This document shows, one piece after another, positions 1 to 10,111 of a stretch of 64,000 nucleotides of DNA; positions within the stretch are counted from its first letter, which is position 1, and each line of letters opens with the position of its first letter. The position numbers and the translations under genes were made by a program. The DNA comes from an uncultured Desulfosarcina sp. Lineage in GTDB: Bacteria; Desulfobacterota; Desulfobacteria; Desulfobacterales; Desulfosarcinaceae. The stretch covers positions 370,176 to 434,175 of the forward strand of contig CAXXWQ010000001.1 of NCBI GenBank assembly GCA_963674945.2, in the 5' to 3' direction. A model generated the notes under the pieces. That model ran no database searches, was not told where the DNA came from, and was given only the letters and a program-made list of their open reading frames with translations.

Positions 1-25
1 TCCGGCGCAGGGCAAACCGCTTTAT

Positions 26-601
26 GTGCAAGAAGAGAAAACGAGGCAAAGAGAAAAGCAAAAAAAGGAATTTGCACGGAGATCCCGGGAAAAAGGCGAA
101 TACAGAGGAACGGGAAGAGTCCGGGACGGTCATTCCACAGGGGTGTCAGGGTACGGTGCGGGCAGTGGGGAAAACAGACTGCGGGATGTAGTCATCGACA
201 TCGACATCGAAAATGAGAAAATCGTCATCGTCTCCGTTACGATCGGTGATGACGCCCCGTTCACGTTTACCTTTCCTTTGCGCAAAGAAACATATAAGAA
301 TTACCGGGAACGGGTGGCGCCGCACCTGGCCCATGTGGAAAAACGGCTGGCAGACCATTTTTCAGAAAGGATTCAGGATTTTCGGTTCGAGCCTGTCTAT
401 ATCGTAACCCGGATTTTTCATGTACGGGTGCCCTATGGCTTAGTCTATGACTTGCGCGAAAGCGTTCAAAAGGCGGTCAATGCGTTAGGCGGAAAGAAGT
501 TGCCGGTTTACTGGTATGATGGCTTTTATCTGGACAAAAATCCTGTTCGCATAGTGGATATACGAAAGAAAAGCATCCGGATGGAGGCGGATTTCCAATA
601 G
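26..601 (+). CDS. hypothetical protein (true start uncertain, may begin before the window)
   Basis: 191-aa ORF, converges on the next gene; no recognised motif. Confidence 0.5.
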   Translation: MQEEKTRQREKQKKEFARRSREKGEYRGTGRVRDGHSTGVSGYGAGSGENRLRDVVIDIDIENEKIVIVSVTIGDDAPFTFTFPLRKETYKNYRERVAPHLAHVEKRLADHFSERIQDFRFEPVYIVTRIFHVRVPYGLVYDLRESVQKAVNALGGKKLPVYWYDGFYLDKNPVRIVDIRKKSIRMEADFQ

Positions 602-645
602 CATCATCATTCTGTTCGCTAACAACACGGATTCCTGACGTTGGG

Positions 646-1905
646 TCACATCTTGTACTCAAGGCCCACAAAATACTGAATTACTTCTTGGCCGACGGAT
701 CTTTCATATACTCCCATGGGCTCGCCGTTTGTCTTCGGATCTCCAGTGTGATGGGTATATCCAAGGCCCAGTATGAAAGACCAACGTGGAATGGGGCGCC
801 ACTGCGTACCCATGTTGATGGTCCAGTTATCGTAAAATGACGTGGTTGCGAGTGAATACCCTTCGTCGGGAACGCCAATCTCATTATAGAGAATACCGCC
901 GATCAGTTCCCATTCAGGCGTAAGCTGGTATTCGACGAATCCTTGTATCTCATAGCCGTTGTCCCACTTGTCCGTGAGCGGTTCGTCGCTCCCGTTAATG
1001 CCTTTTTGCCAGAAATAGAGGAAACCGCCACCGATTTTAAGTGCAGGCGTGAGTTGATAACTCCAACCCGAAAAGAAGGCTGCAGGCAAATCGTCGTGCA
1101 TTTCCGCCCCATTGACGGTTCCGGAGTTGTCGCCTTGTTTCACATCCGCCTTTATCTTGATGCTGACCCTCGGGTCGTATCGCAGACCGAGTTTGAACTT
1201 ATCATGTTTGAAAAGCATGCAAAGCGAGTGACCGACTCCCCAGCCCCCCCACGTCTGGTCCATTTTTACACTCGCAAGTTCTTGGCCGATATTCTGGATG
1301 ATCAATGTCGTTTCACCCTCCCTGAAATTCATCGCATAAACCGCCCGTATCGCATAGCCTAATGAAAACATATCATTTATCGCCCAGGCGCCTCCCATCG
1401 AAAGGGCGCCTTTGCCGCCGGCAAAATCAAATTCCTGATTCTCGGCCGTAATGGTTTGACCAAGGGCAGCGGAGGCTTGTTCCGCCGCATAATCAAAACC
1501 GGGAAATCGGTCAAAAGAGCCACCGCCATTGCCTCCGGGAAAAGAAAGGGTAAAGAAACCGGCCCAATTGTTTTTCTTATACGTTGCTGCAAAGTCGGGA
1601 ATTAACCCCAAGGCTTTTTGCTCATATACCTTTCCGGTATCAACATCGGTAAGCTCAACAACACTTGGAGATATCATCGCGGATAAGTGAAAATGCTGGC
1701 CATCATCCATATACGCCGCGCCTGCCGGATTGTTAAGCACAGTGTCCGCATCTTCCGTTTCCGCATATCGTCCGCCACCACTAAGATACGCCTGTGCGCT
1801 CTGGGATGAAATGTTTCTGGCCCCGCACCCTGCCGAGGCATTGCCGGTGGTGAATAACAATGCTGCCATGGCCAAAATACCAACCTTCGCAAGATTTACG
1901 CTCAT
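646..1905 (-). CDS. OmpP1/FadL/TodX-family outer membrane transport protein
   Basis: Start MSVNLAKV after GGAGGG RBS, signal peptide, N-terminal NNPAG plug motif, alternating beta-strand pattern, aromatic-rich C-terminal strand. Confidence 0.75.
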   Translation of the reverse strand: MSVNLAKVGILAMAALLFTTGNASAGCGARNISSQSAQAYLSGGGRYAETEDADTVLNNPAGAAYMDDGQHFHLSAMISPSVVELTDVDTGKVYEQKALGLIPDFAATYKKNNWAGFFTLSFPGGNGGGSFDRFPGFDYAAEQASAALGQTITAENQEFDFAGGKGALSMGGAWAINDMFSLGYAIRAVYAMNFREGETTLIIQNIGQELASVKMDQTWGGWGVGHSLCMLFKHDKFKLGLRYDPRVSIKIKADVKQGDNSGTVNGAEMHDDLPAAFFSGWSYQLTPALKIGGGFLYFWQKGINGSDEPLTDKWDNGYEIQGFVEYQLTPEWELIGGILYNEIGVPDEGYSLATTSFYDNWTINMGTQWRPIPRWSFILGLGYTHHTGDPKTNGEPMGVYERSVGQEVIQYFVGLEYKM

Positions 1906-2435
1906 CTTCCCCTCCATTTCGATGTTCTTATGAGTCTGAGGTTCTACAATTCGTCCGGGCCGAATAAAATGACGTAGAACGCAAGCTCCCCTTATTGCAT
2001 GGGAAGTAGCCAGCCATGGCTGACAATCAATGAGAAAACACCTGTTGGGACTGGGCGAAAAAGCAAACCGTGATCGAGGCAACGGTTTAAATGGCTACAG
2101 GGCGTAGAGCGGATCTGTTGTTCCGACGCCCGGTAAATTTTCAACTGCTGTAGTAACTTTTTAATGGATAGGAACGATTTCTTTGAAAAGCTGTCCGGCG
2201 AACCGAAGTTTCCTGCCACAATACGAGAGAACTGCCGGAGAGAGCATCACGATAAATGGAAGCACAATAGGAGTGAGGGATAGACAGCAACCAGCGCAAC
2301 AACGGACTTCGGTTTTTCTTTTCAAAAACAATACTGTTTTGTTTGTAAGCTGTCAATGGTGGTCTCAAAATGGAAGAAAGAGAAAGAAGGCAAGGAGGGG
2401 ACGTAAACGAAATTGAGCTATCCGCTCAACCTGGG

Positions 2436-3785
2436 TTAAAAATAGTAGGTGAGCCAAAGGTACGCCTGATCATTGGGGGTAGCTTTGAAGGCCAAACCGT
2501 CGGCGTCGACATCGAAACCACCGAACTCTGTGCCGGAGGCGCCCCAATGCCATTGGACGCCGAAAATGAGTTGTACGTCGCCACCCGCATCCCAAAGTAT
2601 CTGGGGCTGGAGCAGCCCGGAGGGATCGGCCAGGTTGAAGATGGCCGTCGTATGCCATTGAACCAGGGGATGCAGTTCCACCTGCGCTTGTCCGGCCAGG
2701 TAAAACCGGCCGAGGGTAAACAACTCGCCCCGGAGGATTCTGTCCATGAGCGCATCGCTTTCGAACGCCTGCCCGTAGTCATTGATGCGGCCTACACCGT
2801 TATAGTAAAATTCCAGCAACCCGTAGACATTTTTTCCTGCCCACATCCAGGCATAGTCCAGGTTGGCCACTACCTGGAAAAAATCATCTTCCCGGCTTTC
2901 TTCTGTGACATGGGAGTAGACGGCGTTGACTCTCCAGGCCGCTTCCTTCAGATAGCCGCTGGCACCCAGTGCCCCGATGGCATCATCGAAATGGCGGGCC
3001 GCCATGGCGCTGGCTTCCATGGCGCCGGCAAAGAGGTGAGCCTTCATGGCGTAGGAGGAATTGTCGTCTTCAACGCTCCCGGTGAGCGGATCACGTCGGG
3101 GAAGGTAGAGCGTTTGTATCTCGACTTCGCCAATGGGGATCTGAACCAGGGCCATGTCATCGCCCACCTTGTAATCGCGCTGCACGGCCGCGGGTGCAAA
3201 CGGGTTGAACAGGTCCATGGGATTGAACACCAGGCCATCGCCCCAGGTCAACGCCTGACGTCCTATGCGAAGGGTTCCCCAGTCGGGTGTCCAGGTCAGG
3301 TTGAGACGATCCAGGCGGTGATATATGATGTGATCGTCGGTATCGCTGATCACATGGGTGAGATCCATGAGACGCCGGTCGTCATTGATTGGCTGGTCTG
3401 CGAAGACGACGGCTGACGGCGATCCGGGCAGCATATCCGAAAGCGTCTGTATGGTCTCTCGGGTATCGCCGCCCGCCGCCACCAGCTCGTAATGGGTATC
3501 GAAGGTCCAGCGCGATCCGATGTTCAGTCGGTTTTTCTGCCGCCATTCGGCCTGCCCGTCGATATAGGGACCATCATCCACACGCCCCAATAGGGAATCC
3601 TCATCCACCGCAGTCACGGTGCCGATGACTCTCGCATGTCCCCCCCACCGTATTTCGATTCCCGGGATGATATCCGGTGTCGATTCACTCGTGGTTTCGG
3701 CGCGTGCGGCAGGCCGCGAGAAGATCAGGGCGGGCAGAACGCAGGCGGCGCCGAACAGGACAATGGCAAAAGACGTTTTTCTCAT
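2436..3785 (-). CDS. outer membrane beta-barrel protein of the LolCDE-like operon
   Basis: Signal peptide, LRIGRQALTWG...FNPMDLF motif, C-terminal YLWLTYYF. Confidence 0.7.
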   Translation of the reverse strand: MRKTSFAIVLFGAACVLPALIFSRPAARAETTSESTPDIIPGIEIRWGGHARVIGTVTAVDEDSLLGRVDDGPYIDGQAEWRQKNRLNIGSRWTFDTHYELVAAGGDTRETIQTLSDMLPGSPSAVVFADQPINDDRRLMDLTHVISDTDDHIIYHRLDRLNLTWTPDWGTLRIGRQALTWGDGLVFNPMDLFNPFAPAAVQRDYKVGDDMALVQIPIGEVEIQTLYLPRRDPLTGSVEDDNSSYAMKAHLFAGAMEASAMAARHFDDAIGALGASGYLKEAAWRVNAVYSHVTEESREDDFFQVVANLDYAWMWAGKNVYGLLEFYYNGVGRINDYGQAFESDALMDRILRGELFTLGRFYLAGQAQVELHPLVQWHTTAIFNLADPSGLLQPQILWDAGGDVQLIFGVQWHWGASGTEFGGFDVDADGLAFKATPNDQAYLWLTYYF

Positions 3786-3797
3786 TTTTTAAAGCCG

Positions 3798-4493
3798 TCA
3801 ACGATCCACTTTGTTTTGATCACTTTCGATTCGACCATCACGAATCATGACGATACGGCGCGCGAAATCCATGACCATCTGGTCATGGGTGGAAAAGATG
3901 AAGGTAACCTGGCGTTCCCGGTTCATCCGACGCATCAACTGAAGGAGCTTTTCGCCGGTTTTGGAGTCCAGGTTGGCCGTTGGTTCGTCGGCCAATACGA
4001 TGAATGGGTTGGAGACAATCGCGCGGGCCACGGCCACCCGTTGCTGTTGCCCGCCGGACAGCTCGGCGGGTCGGCGGTCGTATTTACCGGCCAGCTCGAC
4101 CGTATCCAGGATCTTGCGTGCCCGTTTTCTGCGCTCAGCGGCGGGTATGCCCTGCAGCAGCATGACATACTCCACATTTTCCGCGGCCGAGAGTACCGGG
4201 ATCAGATTGTAGGACTGGAAGATGAATCCGATCCGGTACAACCGCAGGTCCGCCATCTGTGACCTGGAAAGGTCGGCATAGGCCTGACCGTCCACACAAA
4301 TGGTTCCACCGTTCGGTTCATCCAATCCGCCGATCAGGTTGAGCAAGGTGGTCTTGCCCGAGCCCGACGGTCCGGCCAGGGCGATAAATGCACCGGCCGC
4401 CACCGACAGGTCGACGTTTGCCAGGGCTTTGACCGTCACCTTGCCCTGTTGATAGGTCTTCGATACCCCTTCACATTCCACGATTGCCGTCAT
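3798..4493 (-). CDS. ABC transporter ATP-binding protein (LolD/MacB-like)
   Basis: GPSGSGKTT, LSGGQQQRVAVARA, LADEPTANLD, STHD; start taken at MTAIVEC. Confidence 0.92.
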   Translation of the reverse strand: MTAIVECEGVSKTYQQGKVTVKALANVDLSVAAGAFIALAGPSGSGKTTLLNLIGGLDEPNGGTICVDGQAYADLSRSQMADLRLYRIGFIFQSYNLIPVLSAAENVEYVMLLQGIPAAERRKRARKILDTVELAGKYDRRPAELSGGQQQRVAVARAIVSNPFIVLADEPTANLDSKTGEKLLQLMRRMNRERQVTFIFSTHDQMVMDFARRIVMIRDGRIESDQNKVDR

Positions 4494-4550
4494 TGTCTTT
4501 TCTCTCTTCTTATTCCTGAGGTGTAGAAAACATGGTCCTCTGGACAAGGC

Positions 4551-4745
4551 CAGCGTTTATTGGCGCTGCCGTAGGGTTGTTACAAGAATCCAGGAGTCAG
4601 AATTCAGAATACAGAATCAGGAATTCGCCTTCGGCTCGATCCATTTTATTTAATCGGTGGAGCAAGGCGACATCAGATTCATTCTGGCTCCTGAATTCTG
4701 GCTTCTGGCTCCTGTGGCTTTTAGTGATCGCAACGTATACCCCTT
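4551..4745. repeat. intergenic palindromic heptamer-repeat element, copy 1
   Basis: Near-duplicate of 6087-6282; nnnCAGA heptamers on the left arm complementary to TTCTGGC/TCCTGAA heptamers on the right arm. Confidence 0.8.
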
Positions 4746-4810
4746 AAAAGGGGAGCCCAAAGCCGGCCCTCTGGACCCGAATTTTACTCCCCGTTTCGCA
4801 ACACATAGGA

Positions 4811-6034
4811 TCAATGGTGGACCATTGCTTGCACCGGCGTAAACCGGGCCGCCTTTACCGCCGGGTAGAGGCAGACCAACAAACCCAGCAGAAGGACCAC
4901 CATATTGGCATTAATCAGATCTTTGGCCAGGATTTTGGGGATAATCACTCTGGCCATTCCGGCATACTCCGCGCCTTTGGCCAGGGCCGACAAGTCAATG
5001 CCATGAAAGGAGAGGGCCCAGCAGCTGAGAAGTCCGAGGATATTGCCAATGAGCATCCCCGATAGCAGGATAATTATCGCTTCGGTGAGAATTCCCCGGA
5101 TGATGCGACCGGGACCCATTCCCAGCGCTTTAAGCAGGCCGAACTCACGCATGCGTTCGAAGACGGCCATAAGCGTCGTGTTGAGAATGCCAAACCCCAT
5201 GGCCACGAATACCACCACAAACCAGATAAAGATAAACGAGTCGTATATATCGAGGTAGGCTGTAAGAAGCGGCAGCGCCTGCTGCCATGACCGCACGGAT
5301 AGCTGTTTCCCGGCCAGTTCCTTCTCGAGCATCTGCGCCGTTTGCACGGCTTTTTCCGGAGCGGGAAGCAAAATGCTGATTTCCGATACGGCCGCTCCCA
5401 TCTTCAGCATCTTCTGGGCCGACGCACGGGCCACGAAGACATAGGCCTTTTCCGTCGCCTCCATTTCAGCCTGAAAAATGCCGACGATACGAAAGGCCTT
5501 GGATGCGATTTGGCCGGTTTTGTCCTGGGTCATCAGGATCAACTTGCGACCCGGCCCGGTTCCAAAACGCCGCGCCAGGGCACCTCCGATCAGGATGGCA
5601 TGGCTGTCATCGGCTTTCAGATAACGCCCTTGGGTGACGGCCGAACCAATGAAGGACAGGGGCTTTTCCATTTGCGGGTCGATGCCCACCAGGGTCACGC
5701 TGCCGTTATGACGGGCATTGCTGGCGATGGCGTTGACCCTCACACGCGAGGCCCAATGGCTTGCCACCGGAAGCAGCCGCGCCAGGGGTTTGGTGATTTC
5801 TGCCGGGGCTTCGATGCTGTTGTCGATGGATGGGTCGTCGGGATAATTGCGTTGGTGAATTTGGACATGACCGGTCAGGGTATCGATGCCATTTTTGATC
5901 ATGCCGTCAATGATGCCGCGCATCAACGCGCCCAAAAAGACCATGCTCCACAACCCGATGACAACGGCGATAAGGATCACGGCTGTCCGCCTCGGATTGC
6001 GCCAGATATTGCGCCAGGCAATTTGAAGGTCCAT
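4811..6034 (-). CDS. ABC transporter permease (FtsX/LolC/E-like)
   Basis: AWRNIWRNPRRT start, large periplasmic loop, ERMREFGLLKALG, P..KAA...PVQAM end. Confidence 0.9.
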   Translation of the reverse strand: MDLQIAWRNIWRNPRRTAVILIAVVIGLWSMVFLGALMRGIIDGMIKNGIDTLTGHVQIHQRNYPDDPSIDNSIEAPAEITKPLARLLPVASHWASRVRVNAIASNARHNGSVTLVGIDPQMEKPLSFIGSAVTQGRYLKADDSHAILIGGALARRFGTGPGRKLILMTQDKTGQIASKAFRIVGIFQAEMEATEKAYVFVARASAQKMLKMGAAVSEISILLPAPEKAVQTAQMLEKELAGKQLSVRSWQQALPLLTAYLDIYDSFIFIWFVVVFVAMGFGILNTTLMAVFERMREFGLLKALGMGPGRIIRGILTEAIIILLSGMLIGNILGLLSCWALSFHGIDLSALAKGAEYAGMARVIIPKILAKDLINANMVVLLLGLLVCLYPAVKAARFTPVQAMVHH

Positions 6035-6086
6035 GGTGGAACATCCTTTTCATTGCGGTGCAGAAAATCGGTCTTCTGCACTAAGT

Positions 6087-6282
6087 CAGCGTTTATTGGC
6101 TCTGCTGTATGATTGTTACAAGAATCCAGGAGTCAGAATTCAGAATTCAGAATCAGGCATTCGCCTTCGGCTCGATCTATTTTATGCAATCGATGGAGCG
6201 AAGCGACATCAGGTTCACTCTGGCTCCTGAATTCTGGCTTCTGGCTCCTGTGGCTTTTAGTGATCGCAGTGTATCCTCCTTT
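6087..6282. repeat. intergenic palindromic heptamer-repeat element, copy 2
   Basis: Aligns by eye with 4551-4745 along its length (cagcgtttattggc...gtgatcgca..gtat). Confidence 0.8.
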
Positions 6283-6322
6283 CCAGCGGATCTTCTATAA
6301 CCGTATTTTCCCTGCGATACCG

Positions 6323-7588
6323 TCATCTTTGCCGCATGGCCTCCACAGGCGAAAGATGCCTGATCTTGAATGCCGGATAAAGCGCCGCCATCAAGGTGAT
6401 GAGAAATACGGCTCCCGGACCGACCGTTATTGAAATCAATGTTAATTGCGGGTAAAGAACAGTGGGGATGCCGAACTGACGAGAAATTTCAGAAGCATCA
6501 CCCATGTTGATCCCATGAACCATGAAATAGCCGGTGACCAGACATCCGATCACCATGCCGGAAACCACACCTACCAGGGTCATACCGATGGACTCGGTCA
6601 GTACCAGGCGGGTTAAACGATTGGGCCGGGTTCCCATGGCCATCATCACGCCGAATTCGTAAGTACGCTCCAAAACGGCCATTAAAAAAGTATTGAGAAT
6701 ACTGAAGGCCACTACCATGATGAGGATCAGGTAGAAGATCGCGCCGCTGATCAGGTCCATGCCGATGGCCTGTTTGAGGCCCGGCATCAATGCCTCCCAG
6801 TCCAGGACCACAAGGGGCGGCCGGTTGGCAAGGTTTTCCAGGGCCGGCAAGAGCGCAGCTGTAATGGAATCGGTGTCTCCCAGCCGGTTGCCGACGATGA
6901 CGATTTCATGCACGCCGTCGTCCATGGCGAAAATTTCCTGAAACCGCGAAAGGGGGATTTGAATGGCGCTTCTGTCCAATTCGTCCAGGCCGGAATTGGT
7001 GATGCCGTGTACGCGAACCACCGTGGCGGCGATGGAGCCGTCACGTCCCTGGCCCAGCAAGGTGAGTTCGTCCCCCACGCCCACCTTCAGGTTGCGTGCC
7101 AGAAGGTGGCCGACCAGGGCATTTGGCAGGCCCTCTACTCCGGCATCCGTATCCAGATACTCACCCTGGCGAACGATGTCGGCCAGGGTCGAAACCTGTT
7201 TTTCCGCTTCCGGATCGATTCCTTCCACCATGACGCCGAAGGTGCGGGCCCGGGAGGATATCAGGGCAAACGCCCTGGCGCGCGGGGCATAGGCCTTGAC
7301 CTGGGGGATGGCCTCCAGCGCCTGTTCGACGGGCAGCGGATCGGGGATTGCCAGGCGGATCTCCTTATCCTCCTGATAACCGCTGACCTGAACCTGCAGA
7401 TGGCCGGTGTGAACCTTTACCGAGGCATTGATCATGGTCTCGTAGCTGCCAAGCTGAAACGATAGCATGAAAACCAATAGAGTACAGGCAAAGGCAATGG
7501 CCGTGACAGTGAGAAGGGTCCGCCGGGGATTGCGCCACATATTGCGCCAGGCCATTTTGACGTTCATTGTAACGTCCGGGGCAACCAT
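6323..7588 (-). CDS. ABC transporter permease (FtsX/LolC/E-like)
   Basis: AWRNMWRNPRRT, ERTYEFGVMMAMG; paralog of 4811-6034; start may be slightly downstream. Confidence 0.9.
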   Translation of the reverse strand: MVAPDVTMNVKMAWRNMWRNPRRTLLTVTAIAFACTLLVFMLSFQLGSYETMINASVKVHTGHLQVQVSGYQEDKEIRLAIPDPLPVEQALEAIPQVKAYAPRARAFALISSRARTFGVMVEGIDPEAEKQVSTLADIVRQGEYLDTDAGVEGLPNALVGHLLARNLKVGVGDELTLLGQGRDGSIAATVVRVHGITNSGLDELDRSAIQIPLSRFQEIFAMDDGVHEIVIVGNRLGDTDSITAALLPALENLANRPPLVVLDWEALMPGLKQAIGMDLISGAIFYLILIMVVAFSILNTFLMAVLERTYEFGVMMAMGTRPNRLTRLVLTESIGMTLVGVVSGMVIGCLVTGYFMVHGINMGDASEISRQFGIPTVLYPQLTLISITVGPGAVFLITLMAALYPAFKIRHLSPVEAMRQR

Positions 7589-7589
7589 G

Positions 7590-8360
7590 TCATTCCCGCC
7601 TTCCGGTTTTCAGTGCATTGATGGTAAACAGCCGATCGGGAAGATTTTCGGAAAACGAGATGGAATGGTATCGCAAAAGGGTGTATTGATCGGTCTTATC
7701 TGTTTCCTGCATTTTCCAGATTTTGGGGAACATGCGGCCTCCCATCATCTGGATGTCGTGGGCGGTCATGCGTTTGACCGACATCCGGTCTTCGTCGAAA
7801 AATTCCTGCTCGATCAGAACATGATCGTCGCGGATTCTGCTGATCTGCATGCCCCAGACAACCGGTGCGTCCGGCTTGGGAATGGATTTGATTACATAGA
7901 CCACATGGCCATCGCTGGTCTCGGTGTCCATCAGGCTATGGTCGTAATCATTGAGAATGCTGTCGCTTTTGGCCAGATCGTTGTTCGAGAAATCAGATCC
8001 CATCCAGCTTTGGGACATCATCGCCGGCGGAAGCTTGATGACCCGGTTGACTTTAGGGTTGAAGGTCCACATGTCGATTCCGTCCTTCAGCGTGCCGTTT
8101 CCCTCATCCTTGGCAGGGGCCGTGATACGGATCAAGCTTTTGTCCGTTCCCTTGGTCCAGCCGACCATGCGCATGCTGCGCTCCCAGTTGGGGCGGTGGA
8201 TCACCATTTCCACATCGGCCTTGGATGCCTTGCCGCGATAATGGTCGAAGCTGGCCTGGATCAGCTTCGCCGGGTCCAATGATGCGTCGCCGGCCGCACA
8301 TGGTGTCGTCGCGGGAGACATCCCCAACAATAACCCGATGAGTATCCACAAAAAGCGCAT
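7590..8360 (-). CDS. outer membrane lipoprotein-sorting (LolA-like) protein
   Basis: Signal peptide, MWTFNP..NRVIK, SWMGSDFSNNDL motif; operon context. Confidence 0.85.
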   Translation of the reverse strand: MRFLWILIGLLLGMSPATTPCAAGDASLDPAKLIQASFDHYRGKASKADVEMVIHRPNWERSMRMVGWTKGTDKSLIRITAPAKDEGNGTLKDGIDMWTFNPKVNRVIKLPPAMMSQSWMGSDFSNNDLAKSDSILNDYDHSLMDTETSDGHVVYVIKSIPKPDAPVVWGMQISRIRDDHVLIEQEFFDEDRMSVKRMTAHDIQMMGGRMFPKIWKMQETDKTDQYTLLRYHSISFSENLPDRLFTINALKTGRRE

Positions 8361-8408
8361 ATTTTCCTCCTGACGATGATAGATGGCATAGGCAATCGCT
8401 TTCGCAAG

Positions 8409-9047
8409 TTATCCTTTGATCGATTCTTGGGCATCGCCCTGTGTATTTGCGCCGATGCCCCGCAACACCACATCCAGAAAACTGCGGGACGTGGCAAGGG
8501 CGTCAAATTTCGGATCCAGCCAGGCTTGCAGTATCAGGGCATCCCAGGTTCCGACCAATGCCGCGGCGATGTTTTCGGCATCGATCGTTGCAGGGACTTC
8601 GCCGACCTGCTGGGCGGAGCGGATCAGATCGCCGACGATGGCCCTGAGATCCCGATAGCCGTCCTGAAAGACAGACTTGAAAGACTCCCGGCTTGGTGAG
8701 GATGCCGTCGCCGACCAGAATTCCATGATCAGGGAGTACATTTCGATCTGCTCCAGCCAGGCTTCGATGATGCTGTCCCCCAGCATTCTGATACGTTGCG
8801 CGAAGGATTCGCCTGCAGAATCCTTTGCCTGGGAGAGAATACCGGCAGATTCGGTCATCATCGATTCGAATACGGCAAAAAAAAGGGCTTCCTTGCTGCG
8901 AAAGTATTCATAAATGGTTCCCTTGCCCACCGATGCGGCTTCGGCTACTTCGATGATCCGGGTGGATGCATATCCTTTCTGTGCAAAGACGCGGCGAGCG
9001 GCCTGGATGATATCCTGCTTGCGGTTGGGATCGGCTTTGCGGGGCAT
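8409..9047 (-). CDS. TetR/AcrR family transcriptional regulator
   Basis: N-terminal HTH: IIQAARRVFAQKGY...VGKGTIYEYFRSKEAL. Confidence 0.95.
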   Translation of the reverse strand: MPRKADPNRKQDIIQAARRVFAQKGYASTRIIEVAEAASVGKGTIYEYFRSKEALFFAVFESMMTESAGILSQAKDSAGESFAQRIRMLGDSIIEAWLEQIEMYSLIMEFWSATASSPSRESFKSVFQDGYRDLRAIVGDLIRSAQQVGEVPATIDAENIAAALVGTWDALILQAWLDPKFDALATSRSFLDVVLRGIGANTQGDAQESIKG

Positions 9048-9084
9048 AATCGGGACCCTGTCTCCTGGATGATTTTAACAATAC

Positions 9085-9098
9085 TGACCGGTCGGTCA
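9085..9098. promoter_or_regulatory. probable TetR operator
   Basis: Dyad TGACCG-gt-CGGTCA about 40 bp upstream of the TetR start. Confidence 0.65.
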
Positions 9099-9284
9099 TT
9101 AATATCCGCCTTCTATTGGTCAAGTCAACCCTTTTTTGTCATCTACATGGAAAAAAAGGGCCGGAGAGATCCATGCGCCGATACGCTTTTCCAGGCCAAA
9201 GATGGCCAAACAGTATTGCGAAAGAAACTCGTTCTTCCATTATTTTGTCGATGGATAAAATGGGAAAAGCGTTTTACGTGTTCA

Positions 9285-10100
9285 TCAATAATGGGTGAGG
9301 GAGCCGTCACGCTTTGCTTTGATCACGGCCTTTTGAAACAAAACGAGGCTGCTGGGCAAAATAACGATGGAGAAGAGGCAGAGGATCAATATGGTCGGCG
9401 CCAGTTGCGAAAGGGAATAGCCGTTGAGAATCGCCATTCGCATGCCTTCCAGAGAGTGGGTGACCGGCATTGCTTTTGCCGCCGTTTGCAGCCAACCCGG
9501 CAGAACGCTGAGCGGGTAATACAAGCCGCAAATCAAACCGGCCACTTTTACGAAAAGCCATCCGATTGGATCACCCCGTTTTACGATCATGATAAAGCTG
9601 GCGGAAATGATACCCAGCCCCGTTGATGAAACGATGGTAAGCAGCAAAATGGCAAATGCGGCGGTCAGGTTTGCATGTCCAAGGTCAAGATCGAAGAATA
9701 AGGATCCAAAAACAAGATAGATAATGACATTGACCGTCGCCCAGAAGAAACCATAGAGGGAAGAGGAAAAAATAATGGTGGGGATACTGGTGGGGGTCAC
9801 AAGGATCGCTTCCAGGGTGCCGAGCATCTGGCCTTCCCGGATAATGCCTGAAAGGCCTGTTATGGAAAAGTTCAGATAGCTGATGAACGCAATGCCGATG
9901 AGAACGAATGCAAAGTAGTTGCCCCCATAAGGTTTAAGGTGCGTTGTTCCGATATCCGCCATGAGCCGGGAGAGAAAAAAGTAGGTCAACACCGAGACGA
10001 CCATACCCACCATTTGCATGATAAATGCGGTTTTGTATGTGGCGTCGCTGATCAGGTCACGGCAGAAGAAAGCTTTCATTTTTCGTAGCAAAATGCTCAT
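9285..10100 (-). CDS. ABC-2 type transporter permease (RiPP cluster exporter)
   Basis: About six TM segments, GTLEAILVTP, GLYYPLSVLPGWLQ motif. Confidence 0.88.
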   Translation of the reverse strand: MSILLRKMKAFFCRDLISDATYKTAFIMQMVGMVVSVLTYFFLSRLMADIGTTHLKPYGGNYFAFVLIGIAFISYLNFSITGLSGIIREGQMLGTLEAILVTPTSIPTIIFSSSLYGFFWATVNVIIYLVFGSLFFDLDLGHANLTAAFAILLLTIVSSTGLGIISASFIMIVKRGDPIGWLFVKVAGLICGLYYPLSVLPGWLQTAAKAMPVTHSLEGMRMAILNGYSLSQLAPTILILCLFSIVILPSSLVLFQKAVIKAKRDGSLTHY

Positions 10101-10111
10101 TATCGTAATCC

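Noticed and set aside
1994..2012. sigma54 promoter for the FadL-like gene
   Set aside because: GG-to-GC spacing is 11 rather than the required 10.
2370..3416. 348-aa plus-strand ORF
   Set aside because: Antisense to the operonic beta-barrel gene; no recognisable features.
4551..6282. Repeats as a CRISPR array
   Set aside because: Only two long copies with internal heptamers; no repeat-spacer periodicity and no cas genes.
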